A stretch of DNA of 64,000 bases, taken from the NCBI RefSeq assembly GCF_032191835.1, contig NC_083227.1, forward strand, positions 112,778,001-112,842,000, in the 5' to 3' direction. A program made the translations under genes and the position numbers. Shown in pieces: positions 1 to 10,860 of the stretch. Under the pieces are notes generated by a model. It was given only the letters and a program-made list of their open reading frames with translations, was not told the origin of the DNA and did not search any database. Position 1 is the first letter of the stretch. Every line of letters begins with the position of its first letter. The DNA comes from Heteronotia binoei (Eukaryota).

Positions 1-809
1 AACAACATAAAATGCATCATTTATAACTCAGCGTATAAAATTGTATCAATTGGCATAATTATGGAGTGTAAAAGTATAAATGTCTTAGTTTTCTACAGAC
101 AAAACTGACAAAGCCACCCCATCTTAAAATGAGAGAGCTGCAAACTACAGCACCCTATGCTATCTTAACTAATTTCACCCATTCTGTGAGCAAGACATTT
201 CAAAGCTTTTTTTAAAAAAATGCTTCCCAAAATGTCCAATTTTTTCCACTGGAATAACTGAATGCTATGCACTAAAATCTTGCCTTAAAACATTTTACTG
301 ATTGCAAAAGAACAATTCTTTAGAGGCTTTTCTAAGCATTCCACTAAATCTGATTTGGGAAAATTGAGAAAAGTCCTCATAATTCCATGTTATATATTTT
401 CAATAAGTAAAGTTTTTTTAAAAAACATTTAACTAATGACAAAGTAAAATATTTTCTACAAGGTTTTTTGGGGAGCTTCTCAAAACTTTCCTCTGGAAAA
501 AAAGTCCTAAAAACACACCCTTTTTTCTCCCAAATGTTGCCACAATTTTTTCCAGGTCTTCATAGCTCTAACTGGGGCACCCTCATTTTTTAACCGCTTC
601 CATATCTCTTACTCTCTTAAACTTTTGACAACTAAAAAGGCAATTCTTTTTTCTCCAGTTTTTGTTGAGGTTTTTCTTTTGGGGGGAAGGGTGAATTATG
701 GAGGCCTGCCTTTTACACTGCTTTTAAACATTAATCTTAGGCTGACGAAGTTGGTGGGCCCAGCCTGCCCATCCGGTTATACCGCCGGACAATTCGGTCG
801 CACCATGAC

Positions 810-1015
810 GTAGCAAACTCTGTGAAAACGGGGGGGACCAGCGAGAAGGTGTTGCTACGGATGCAGTAATGCAGGAGAGGCCATTGCAGTGACCATCTGC
901 CAGGCATAGCCAGACAGTGACCACACGGCGTTCACTACACCGGGAGAGGAGAGGCTATGTATTGCGCATGCACTTTCCCTGGGGGGGTAGGATTCCCAGA
1001 GGGAGCCCACCCCCC
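810..1015 (-). ncRNA. Candidate HDV/CPEB3-like self-cleaving ribozyme in the inverted RTE 5' UTR
   Basis: Minus strand: P1 GGGGGG (1015-1010) with C7 (836-830); P2 GUAGCAAC (858-851) with GUUUGCUAC (818-810); P3 ACC/GGU; L3 UUCUCGCU; GU after P1; J4/2 CAGA with candidate catalytic C at 822. Manual fold only. Confidence 0.6.
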
Positions 1016-1696
1016 ACCACCCCCAACTTCGTCAGCCTAAGAGAAGGAAAACTCTAACATCAAACCCGGGCAGATAGAGCTCGTTAATGTAACACCTACC
1101 ACCTGGAGGACTCACTGCCGGCGTCCCGGCTTACTGGGCCATGGCAGATGACCCCCAGGTGAAAGGGTGGAGCCAGTACCGCGCACACTGCGCTTCACCT
1201 AAAAAATCCCTCTGCGCAGGCCTGAAGGGCATATCCACACACACAACCCACAACGCATCAAGTCCTGCAGCGATAGGCAAGGGGCGAAACGGCAGGTGGA
1301 AGGTGCCACTGGAAGCCGCAGTCCCGATCCTGCATGTAGGCGGTTCAGGATATTGGTCGCCTGATGCTAACCCGGAGACGAAAGCATCTTTCGGCAGCAC
1401 CCTGAACGACCAAGCAGCCTTATCTAGGGACAGCACTGCTTGCTCCACACGGAGAGGGGCCTAGAAAAGGTGGCCTAAACAAAGCTCGTCTCCCCCACCC
1501 CAGTTGGCTAGCCGCGGTCAACGGGCATCCTTACTTGCGGTCGAAAAATAACAACAAAGAAAAGGCATGCACCTGCCTCACAAAGTGTGCAAAGACTAAA
1601 GCTTGCATGTTGGAACATCAGAACCATGCTTGACACAGTAGGCAGTGGTCGCCCTGAACGACGCTACGTTTAGGATGTCCCCCAAGGTTCCTCAGC

Positions 1697-2941
1697 ATGA
1701 TCATCCAGCTACACGAAGACCAGCGAGGCCAAGTCAGACACTGCAACGACCTCTCGGAGCCCTTCCCAATAGGCACAGGTGTAAAGCAAGGCTGCGTTCT
1801 CGCGCCAACTCTCTTTACGATCTTCTTTAGCATGATGCTTCAAAGAGCCGCAGTAGATCTAGATGAGGACGATGGTGTCTACATCCGCTATCGCACCGAT
1901 GGCAGCCTGTTCAACCTGAGGCGACTAAAGGCACACTCCAAGACAATGGAAAAACTCATCCGAGAGCTACTGTTTGCTGATGATGCTGCACTCGTCTCTC
2001 ACTCGGTATCAGCTCTGCAGCATATGACGTCCTGCTTTGCAGAGGCTGCTAAGCTATTCGGCCTAGAAGTTAGTCTGAAGAAGACAGAAGTTCTCCACCA
2101 GCCTGCACCCCAGGAAGATTATCACCCTCCCTGCATCACTGTGGGTGAATCAGTTCTGAAGACAGTCCAGCAGTACAGCTACCTGGGGTGCATCATCTCC
2201 TCAGATGCCAAGATCGACAAGGAGATTGACAACAGGCTGGCAAAGGCAAACCGTGCATTTGGCCGACTGCACAAAAGAGTGTGGAGCAACAAGCATCTGA
2301 AAAAAGGCACAAAGATCAATGTTTACAAAGCGGTTGTGATGACAACCCTCATCTATGGCTCCGAATCGTGGGTTTTATACCGTCATCACCTGCGACTCCT
2401 TGAGCGCTTTCATCAGCGCTGCCTTCGCACCATCCTCAACATCCACTGGAGTGACTTTGTGACCAACACTGAAGTCCTCAAGCGGGCAGAGGTTACCAGC
2501 ATCGAGGCACTGCTGTTGAAGACGCAGCTGCGCTGGGCAGGGCATATTTCTAGGATGGAAAACCACCGCCTTCCCAAGATTGCCCTGTATGGCGAACTCT
2601 CCACCGGCCATCGAAATAGAGGGGCACCAAAGAAGAGGTACAAGGACTCCTTGAAGAAATCCCTTAGCACCTGTCACATCAACCATCACCAGTGGTCTGA
2701 CCTAGCCTCAGATCGCAAAGCATGGAGGCACACCATCCACCAGGCTGTCTCTTCCTTTGAGAACACACGCATAGCTGGTCTTGAGGACAAAAGGAGATTG
2801 AGGAAGAATCGCACTGCTACAGGACCAACCCTAAATCAGACTTTTCCCTGCAGCCGCTGTGGCCGGACCTGCCTGTCCCACATTGGTCTTGTCAGCCACC
2901 AGCGAGCCTGTAGCAAACGTGGACTACTGCACCCTTCTTAA
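1697..2941 (+). pseudogene. RTE ORF remnant: C-terminal reverse transcriptase region plus C-terminal Cys/His motif (414 aa, uninterrupted)
   Basis: GVKQGCVLAPTLF, LLFADDAAL, YLGCIIS motifs; ends CSRCGRTCLSHIGLVSHQRAC. Endonuclease and N-terminal RT are missing through a deletion junction near 1665. Confidence 0.9.
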
Positions 2942-3958
2942 ATCTTCGTTCGCGAAGCCAAGCCGAGAGAGAGAAACATTAATCCCTTGTCACTAACAGC
3001 TTTAATGATTTTATGCTCTATTATTAAGCTTATTAAAGTGTATTAAAAGTTTTACTTTTTTGGAAGAAATTGTTAAAAATGTTAACTAGGATAGCTTCTT
3101 TATTCCCAATACCGAAGCTGTAAATATGTAGATCTTTATATGGTTAATATCAATACTATACTCTTAAACTTCTCATGTTATAACAAAAACATATTAAAGG
3201 GTTTATCAAAAACTCAGCATTCAGTGAAAGTTCCACTAACAAAGAGACATTCTTAAAGCTTTAAAGTTGTCAACAGCTTCTGAACAACTGCATATTTATT
3301 ATGATCTTCTACAGAAGATCTGCTCCGGATGACCCCATTTTCTAAGGTGTGAGGCAAGGGGCAGGGTCATCTTAGTGTGGAATTGTTTTCCTTTGCACAT
3401 CTACCACTAGCTCCCATCATTACTGTCTCAGGTATTGGCTAAAAACTTGTTTACTTGGGCTTTTAAGTTTATGACCCATGGCATAATATGTGCTGCTGTT
3501 TTATTCTATCATTTTAATGGCTCTGTTTATTTTAAGATATATAGTATTTTTATATACTGTCATTAAACACATGGGAAATCAGCCTTTGGTTGAAAGGTGA
3601 GGCATATATCTTTTAAAATAAATAAAACTATTAAGTAATGAATGAGCAAGGTGACATAAAATCTAAATATAGCAGAAAAGGATCCCAGGAGTTGCAGGAA
3701 ATTTTATTGTAGCAAAGAGAAAGTAGTAGAATATTCTTTACATATCAATCAGCTTCTCCTTTCACCTTAATGAAAGGTTTTGCCTAATAATTTTCTTGGA
3801 CTGGTAGAAGTTAGGAGTCCTCACTGATCATGCCTTGTGTCCTTTTGCTAGTTACCTGAGGAGAGATGGGAGCATAAATCTTCTCAGGTAAATTATACTT
3901 GGGGTAAATCAGTTGTCCCTTTTTAAATTTAGAATACAGAGAAATGTGGCTGTAGATA

Positions 3959-4548
3959 CAGGGGTGTCAAACTTATTTGTTATGAGGGCTGGATCTGACA
4001 TAAATGAGACCTTGCTGGGCCATGTGTGTCATAAAATGTAACACCAGGTAGCAGATATATAAACTTTATAAAGGACTCAGTCAAACACAGTTAAAGAATT
4101 TTAAAAACCCTAAAAATAACCCATTTAAAACATTAGCACTCATTGGTCTTAAAGGTGCTTTCTTTGTATCTCTCCCGTGGGATCCAGGGAACTGGGTAAA
4201 GTAAGCTCTGGCTCTTTCCTTCCCTCCCCAGGGGACCAGGAGGAGGAGGAGCCTCAGCCAATAGAAGGAAGAGAAAGTTGGCTCAGTAGGTCTACTATGC
4301 TACTGAGAGAGCCTGGCAAAGCTCCCTCTATCCCTTCCTCCCAAAGGAAGGAGTCTTCGCCAGTGGAGAAAATAGAGGTTTGCTCAGTAGCTTCTGTGCA
4401 ATTGAGCAAGCTTTGCAAAGCAAGCTGCTACATGGAAGGAAGCAAGAGAGAAGAAGAAGGAAGCAGACAGCCAGTTGCTCAGGGGCCTGTTAGGGGCCTT
4501 CTGGGGGGGCCTGATTTGGTCCCCGGGCTGCATGTTTTGACACCTGTG
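3959..4548. mobile_element. Non-autonomous hAT (Charlie-like) DNA transposon
   Basis: Imperfect TIRs CAGGGGTGTCAAAC ... GTTTTGACACCTGTG; right flank CTCTAGAA resembles the NTCTAGAN target; left TSD degraded. Confidence 0.6.
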
Positions 4549-5770
4549 CTCTAGAACTTTTTCCTTTTAGGACACTGTCACCTGAACATTAGTAGATGAT
4601 GCCGCCAAAGTACAGCCTGTTAACACTTATAGATCACTTTTTTAAAACCCAAAATCACCTGGGGCAAAAAAAAATAACCACAAAAATATACGACTACTGC
4701 CAGCAGGGTCATTTTTCTGCTCCATGAATTTATTATCCAGAGAACTATTTTAAAGTGCACTGCAGCACTGGCAACCTTAATGACAAATTGCAGAATATTT
4801 ATTGCACCAAAGAGAGAATACCTGTTGAGTAGAAAAATACTCCAAGGTACAAAAATGTAAGAAATCAGTTTTACTTATTTTCCTTTAAAATTCATATTAG
4901 TCATCCAATATCTTAGCTATAATTATAATTTTCACCTATCCCCCTCCTCCCCTCTTTGTGGCAGTCCTTAATTTTCCTCCTCTTGCTATTCCTGGGGGTT
5001 CCCAATCCCCAAGAAGCTGCATTTCAGTGAGCATTTCAAGGTGTACCATGGGGGGAGAGGTTTCCATATTTCTGTGCATGGATTTAAAACAGGATCCAAT
5101 CTATAATAAGGGAGTCCAGGAAAAAAAGTTCTTTAAAGAAAACCTTTATGGCTTTGGCAAAGTTACTGAAGTACAGTTTTAGAAAACCATCCAGAAATCC
5201 TGTGGCATGATTATGCCAAAGTCTAAGAGAAAATTGTTTACATGCCCATATATTCAAGAATAAGATACATATACGTGAAATAAATATTCGACAAGCGAAG
5301 ATCAGGTGAAGGCAGCAGCTACACTAACACTACCCTTAATTTAAACAACACAATGTAACGCCCCAAGAGCAATTTTAGAGCATAATCAACAAGATAAGAT
5401 GGTACTCACTACAGGGTTTTTTTAAGACTTCATATTTTAAACAGAGAATTAGAGACTGACACAATCTCTCTCACTAAAAAAAATCCCAACATAGATCCAA
5501 AAGGTACCTTTGGCAATTCCTCTTTCCACTCATTCACACTAAAAAGCAGTCTTGCAGATAAGGGAGACCTGCAGCCACCAAAGGAAGAAGTGTAGGGATT
5601 ATGCCGGCAAAAGGGAAGTGGCAGAAATTGCCTCCTGTTTTATGCTCCATTCAATCCACCCCGCTATCAACCCCTGTACCAGATTCAGCACCATTCCTGA
5701 GAGTTCTCAATTTTCACAAGAGACATTTTGGGAAAGGAGGAGCACAATGAGCAGGGGGAAAAAAAGATCT

Positions 5771-5935
5771 GAGTTTAGCAGCACTTTAGAGACCAGCAAG
5801 TGTATCAGGGTATAAGCTTTCAAAGGGAGCTTTGACTCATGAAAGCTTATACCCTGAAACTCTTGTTGGTCTCTAAGGTGCTACCAGACTCAAATCCAGC
5901 TCTGCTACTGCAGACCAACACAGCTACCTGCTGAA
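5771..5935. mobile_element. Penelope-like element terminal remnant with inverted-repeat architecture
   Basis: Arms at about 5771-5821 and 5841-5892 are reverse complements. The TTGGTCTCTAAGGTGC...CAGACCAACACAGCTAC tail recurs near 34600, 54075 and 57905. Confidence 0.6.
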
Positions 5936-8900
5936 CCTAACTATACTGGTTAGCAGGGCTGGCCAATTTCCTGGCAACCACACCCAGAACTTGGCCCACA
6001 GCTACAAGGAAGCACACAGGGCAAAATCCAAATCAAGACTGCAGATTCTGGTCACATCATGGTATGATGTTGGCTTTCTAGAAAATATGGATTGGAAAAT
6101 TCTCTGATGTCCTATACAGAATGCCATTTGATTTAATATTCTTATTTTGACTTCAATGTAGTAAATAAAATCTAGGAAATACACCACATTTAGGTCCCAA
6201 TACCAGCAAACTCCTGAAATGAAATATTCAATTAGGAACAAAAAAAATTCAAGAACTAAAATAATCAAATGTATGCTTTAAAGACTGGAGAACAGCCCTG
6301 TGGTACCTACTAGTAAATATTAAAGGAAGTAGACAAATGACACAGTATGAGCAGCTGGCCACCTCAATAATTAAGGCATTATGTGTTTATAGTCAGGTCA
6401 AGTTCTGTCTAAATAAAAAAATAATTTTTACATTTTTAGTCTGCAGTCTTAAAGATTGCCATAAGACTAGATTAACAATTGCTTTGAGTACTGATAGCTT
6501 TCACACTTTCCCCCCCACAAAATGTTACTTCAACAACATATTAGAATTTCTACTGGTTTGTTATCATTTTTCAAAAGCTACACAGTGTTTGCTTTTTCAA
6601 AACAAAATCAATGTATCCATTTTAGTTGCATGATCAATGGAGAGAACAGACTGTACGTTCCCATTCCATGTACCTAAACCTGAACCAGAATCTCTCAAAG
6701 TGGTATCTATTCTTCTGGTTCAAAACAAAACATAATAGAGTGTGGAAGGAAATTAGTTAGGAACATGTAAATGTATTCATTTATTGGTTACCAGAAGACT
6801 AAAATAACACTGGGCTGAATCCAGCAATCTATCAGTGCAAGAAAATTGTGCCCCTTATGTTCTATTTCACCCAGCAGTCCCTTTCAAGCTCTGCTGACAG
6901 AAGCAGAGGAGAATTTTACTTCAAGTCCCACTCTTCACTGCAACCCCCACCCCCACCCTTACCGCTGGATCTACATGTATCCTTTGACCTGGGTATCAGC
7001 TGTCCAGAGGTTGGAAGGATTCCTGTGGGGTGGGGGAATGAAAACCTGCATGTTCCAGAGCCTTTTGCTATCATATTGCTACACTCAAAAAGCAAATTAC
7101 ATTAATGGCTAACTCACACCGTCTTCTGAGAGCAGCAGACCAAAGTCTAAATGAAGCAGTCTCCAAATAGGGCAAAATAGTACTTTATTTAAATCTGCTA
7201 CCTATCAATTTCAGTGAATTACCCAATGACAGTATTTTTCCTTATCTGCATCTTCGTACCATATGATTTTACAGAAATGATAATTTCCCATTTCAATAGT
7301 CATTTTTCTAATTTAGAAAGTTAACAGTTGTTTATTTCTTTTCTCCCTGTAATAATCTACCTACCTTATTTTGGCAAACATTTTCTGATTCTTATCAAGC
7401 TCTGCTACATACTAAAATACTTATTTAATGGATGTTAGTTGTTTCCTAATCATTCTGAGCGCTGTTTGCAATTTGGAGGACCGCACTATAGCAAAATAGT
7501 GTCCAGGTGATTTATTTTCCCATAGCAGATTTAGTAAGTGCACAATTAACCCCAAACCAGCCAAGATAAAGACATCTCCAAGTAGAAAGGCAACAGTTAG
7601 TACAAGAGTTCCTATCGTCAGGCAGTTTTAGATAGTACAAACTGTATGAGTGCTACTAAATTTGTTTAGATTAACAACAGTCAGCATGGATATCAAGACG
7701 TGGGCAGCTCACTAGGTTTCACTGAAGCTATATGTCTCACAATCAAGCACCTTCATCTGTTGTTAGAACATTTGTTTTTAAATTTCTGAGATTTCTTTTC
7801 TATGCAATTATCTGCAATAAATTCAATAGCCATAAGGGTTTTTCTTCTGTTAGGATAATTTATTCCAAAGCACACTACATTCTTGACATAAGCTAATGTG
7901 TCATTCTGCTGCTGTATCTTCCAGAAGAAATCTCTCTCATATTCTTCAGCATATTTTGGTTTTTGCTATCCTGAACAGTGTGTCATCTACATATGCAGAC
8001 TGCCTTACAATTAACATTCCCACATTGTTATTAGAAAGTACCTGTCCAAAACCTTTAAGATGCCACTTGTTCTTCAAACCAGCCCTAGCACTATAATCAT
8101 TTACTATCAAGCTTCCACTCTATAGTTACTTGAGCATAAAAGCACCTGGGCCACTTACCTGGACATAAAAATAGCAGCCCTTTGATGACTAAGTGACAAA
8201 TTGTACTGGCCATTCTGTTCTTCACTCACTATAATGGTATTCCTCCAACTACCAGCCCTTTAAAGTCAAGGTAGAACAGTTCTGTGGGAAGCTATACCAG
8301 TTACAGCAGCCAACTAGCAGCCAGGACAGTACTGTGACACAGGCCTGTAGCCAGCAGAGGGGCCCCAGGGGTGGTGGCCCCTAAAGAACCTGCAGCACCC
8401 CCTCCCAATCTTCCCTTCCCCAGTGAAAGGGAAGACTAGGTAATATTGGGTGGGTGTGCTGCAGATTCTATAGTCTCTCCCCCCCTCGCTGGCTACGGTC
8501 CTGCTGTGATGGCAGAGGGTGTGGAGAAGTACTCCAGTAAGTATAGCAAATAGAGTAAATTGGTAGCCACCAATTATCTTCAAGACTGCTTTATGTTTCC
8601 TTTGGTTGCCTACTACTGTTATACCTGAAAAAATTAAAAACATCTTGAACTGCCTTGGAAAACAAGAATTTAGTTGTGTATCTATAAGGCTTTCAAATAT
8701 ACAACAACGTTTCCTATGTAAACATCTGTGTGACTCCAATAAAAGCAGCACCTAACTACCACCAGATACACTAAAACCAGCTCAAATCTTCAATATAGTA
8801 TAGATCCCATGAAAAATGCTGGTACTTCAGCTTTTAGAGTTCTCTATAAAAATAACTGTAAAAATTAGATTACTCTTTATTTCTGTAACTACTGGAGATT

Positions 8901-9199
8901 TTGTTGCTCCGCTTCTGAAGAGAGACAACATTCCTAAGCAGCAATTTAAGAATGTAAGAACTCTTAGACAATCCAAGCTAGAAAACACCATACATTTAGA
9001 AGTTTTACGCACCAACGCACAGCAACTAGAGGAGGATTCCCGCTGTAAAGGCGTCTGGTAGACCAATCCGCATTACTGCCGTAAACCCTAGTTAACTACA
9101 GCTCATATCTTCCTTCTTCCTTTAACTTCCCCACGCAATACTCCGAGATAAATAGACTCGTGTACACAGCACTTTATTTATCGAGAAGGTAAACAAGGC

Positions 9200-10110
9200 C
9201 TGCCACAAACGCGGAATGCGAATCCTGAGATCAGCGAGTTATCTCGCAGCCTACAGCAGCACTGGGGCCACCGGAGAAAGGGGAGGGCAACAAGGCTGAG
9301 TTATCTCGGCCACAGAAGGAACGAAGATAAACCCCTCCCCCTCCCAGAGTTTAAGCAGAAGCTCAACAACAACACGCGCACGCACTGTGAGCAAGCACGC
9401 AAAACCTCCCACCCATCCGTGGGCCTCACCGCCAGGTCCTGGGGAACGGCCCCACTCATAGCCCGTACGGTTCCGCTCCTCCAGGCCCGGGAGGGCAGTG
9501 CAGGCCCAGGCTCCGGCCCCACCGCCTCGCCTTCGCCCGGACCCGCCACCAGCAACAGCAGGAGTCGCTTCCCCACGGGGGAGGCTGCCGCGTCCGCCAT
9601 CCCCGCCGGGCAGGAGCCGTCTCCTCCGCCGCCGCGTCTTCGAGCCCAACGGCCACCACCGGAACCACCGAGCGAGCCAGCAACAGCCCTAAGCAGGGCC
9701 CCCCCACCACAGCCCGCCCTGATCCCGGCGTGCCCCGCGCCAGACGCTTCTCTCCTATCCCGGCGTGCCTCACGTAAGCCAGACCGTCCCTCGTCCTGAG
9801 CTACCGGCGTGCCTTGCGCCAAGCCTTATTTATTTACTTCTCCACTCCCGGAATGCACTGTGGCCGCTTGCTTGGCTTTTGCGTCAGAGTGGAGGTTTTC
9901 TCCATTGGGCATAGTGCTGGGGCAAACCTCCCTTCGACGTCCATGACTATTAAAAGCAGAAGTCTTGCCACCGACGGTCATCTCGCTATTACCCACGCCC
10001 TACCACCAAAACACTTTCGATGCCCAAGTGCTGCACCTGTTAGGGAAAAGTCCAACCTCGGAACGGCTAAACTAGAATATCGTGTAGAGGTGCGGCCTTC
10101 CCTGTGCTAC
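9200..10110 (-). promoter_or_regulatory. KDM3B: CpG island / promoter and 5' UTR of KDM3B
   Basis: GC- and CpG-rich segment around exon 1 in an otherwise CpG-depleted background. Confidence 0.8.
9430..9600 (-). CDS. KDM3B: Lysine demethylase 3B, coding exon 1 (57 aa)
   Basis: [16 protein letters not shown]...[20 protein letters not shown] matches the recalled KDM3B N-terminus; phase-0 donor GCG|GTGAGG; synteny with FAM53C and CDC25C. Exon 2 not found in the window. Confidence 0.95.
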
Positions 10111-10489
10111 GAGTAATTGTCTGGCATAGAAAGCACAAACATGCTACGTTAAAGGTTATGAAGTGGCCATAGTAATCCATTGACAACAGAAATAGCATAG
10201 AGTAAGGGGGAAAGTATTGTCCTGTTCTTTTAGACTTGTCCAACTGTTCCCATAATACTAAAGACCTGTGGTTAGGGGAGCCACTTTACCCATCTCGTTG
10301 CGCAAATCAGTTGTTATTTAAACATAAGAGCTCAAAAGAGTGTGCAGCTATATCAACTACTTTCACTATTCAGTAGTTTTCCATGTAGAAGGTTCAAGTC
10401 CCAGCATGGTGTAGCAGTTTGAGTCATATAAAAATTTGGGAGACAGGTTCAAATCCTCACTCTGCCATAGATTGCCATGCTTCATAATT

Positions 10490-10860
10490 ACATTATCAGC
10501 CTCACAGGGCTATGCCAACAATAAATGGAGTTATCAACCTGCTTACAGAAGGAGAGTGAAATTCCATCCAGGACAGGCTGACTCCTGTCTTTTGAGCAGC
10601 TTCTCCATTGACCAGTAGTACCTCAGTCTTGTCTGGATTGACACCGGCACCACCTTTTTGGAATTGGCCACTCAAGTAACAGCAGAACCAGCAAAGCAAG
10701 ATTCCCGCCCTCCCCCATACTCCTTGCCCAGCCAACCTCTCCAGGATACCATGGTTGATGATGGTGAAAGCCACTGAGATGGTCCAGGAGAATTAGCAGA
10801 GACAAACCTGTCACTCTCTTGGTGAAGTTCAGTCAGGGTAACCAAGACCATTTATTTTCC
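10490..10860 (-). mobile_element. L2 LINE fragment, preceded by a tRNA-type SINE head (+) at about 10403-10470
   Basis: Minus ORF contains NPDKTEVLLV, typical of L2 ORF2. The adjacent plus-strand TGGTGTAG...GGTTCAAATCC has A/B-box-like motifs. Confidence 0.6.

Larger units (their letters stand above)
737..2973 (+). mobile_element. RTE-clade non-LTR retrotransposon, internally deleted, 5'-inverted, young
   Basis: 11-bp TSD AAACATTAATC at 726-736 and 2974-2984; (GA)n tail; APE N-terminal motif LKLACWNIRTM at about 1595-1630; RT C-terminal ORF; CpGs retained. Confidence 0.93.

Noticed and set aside
8290-8320. GCTGTAACTGG resembling the KDM3B exon 2 G-C-N-W codons
   Set aside because: The flanking translation does not match IFVEFDG...KQHSW; exon 2 was not found in the window.
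9251-10116. Several overlapping 100-170 aa ORFs on both strands
   Set aside because: Low-complexity products of the GC-rich KDM3B CpG island; only 9430-9600 matches a known protein.
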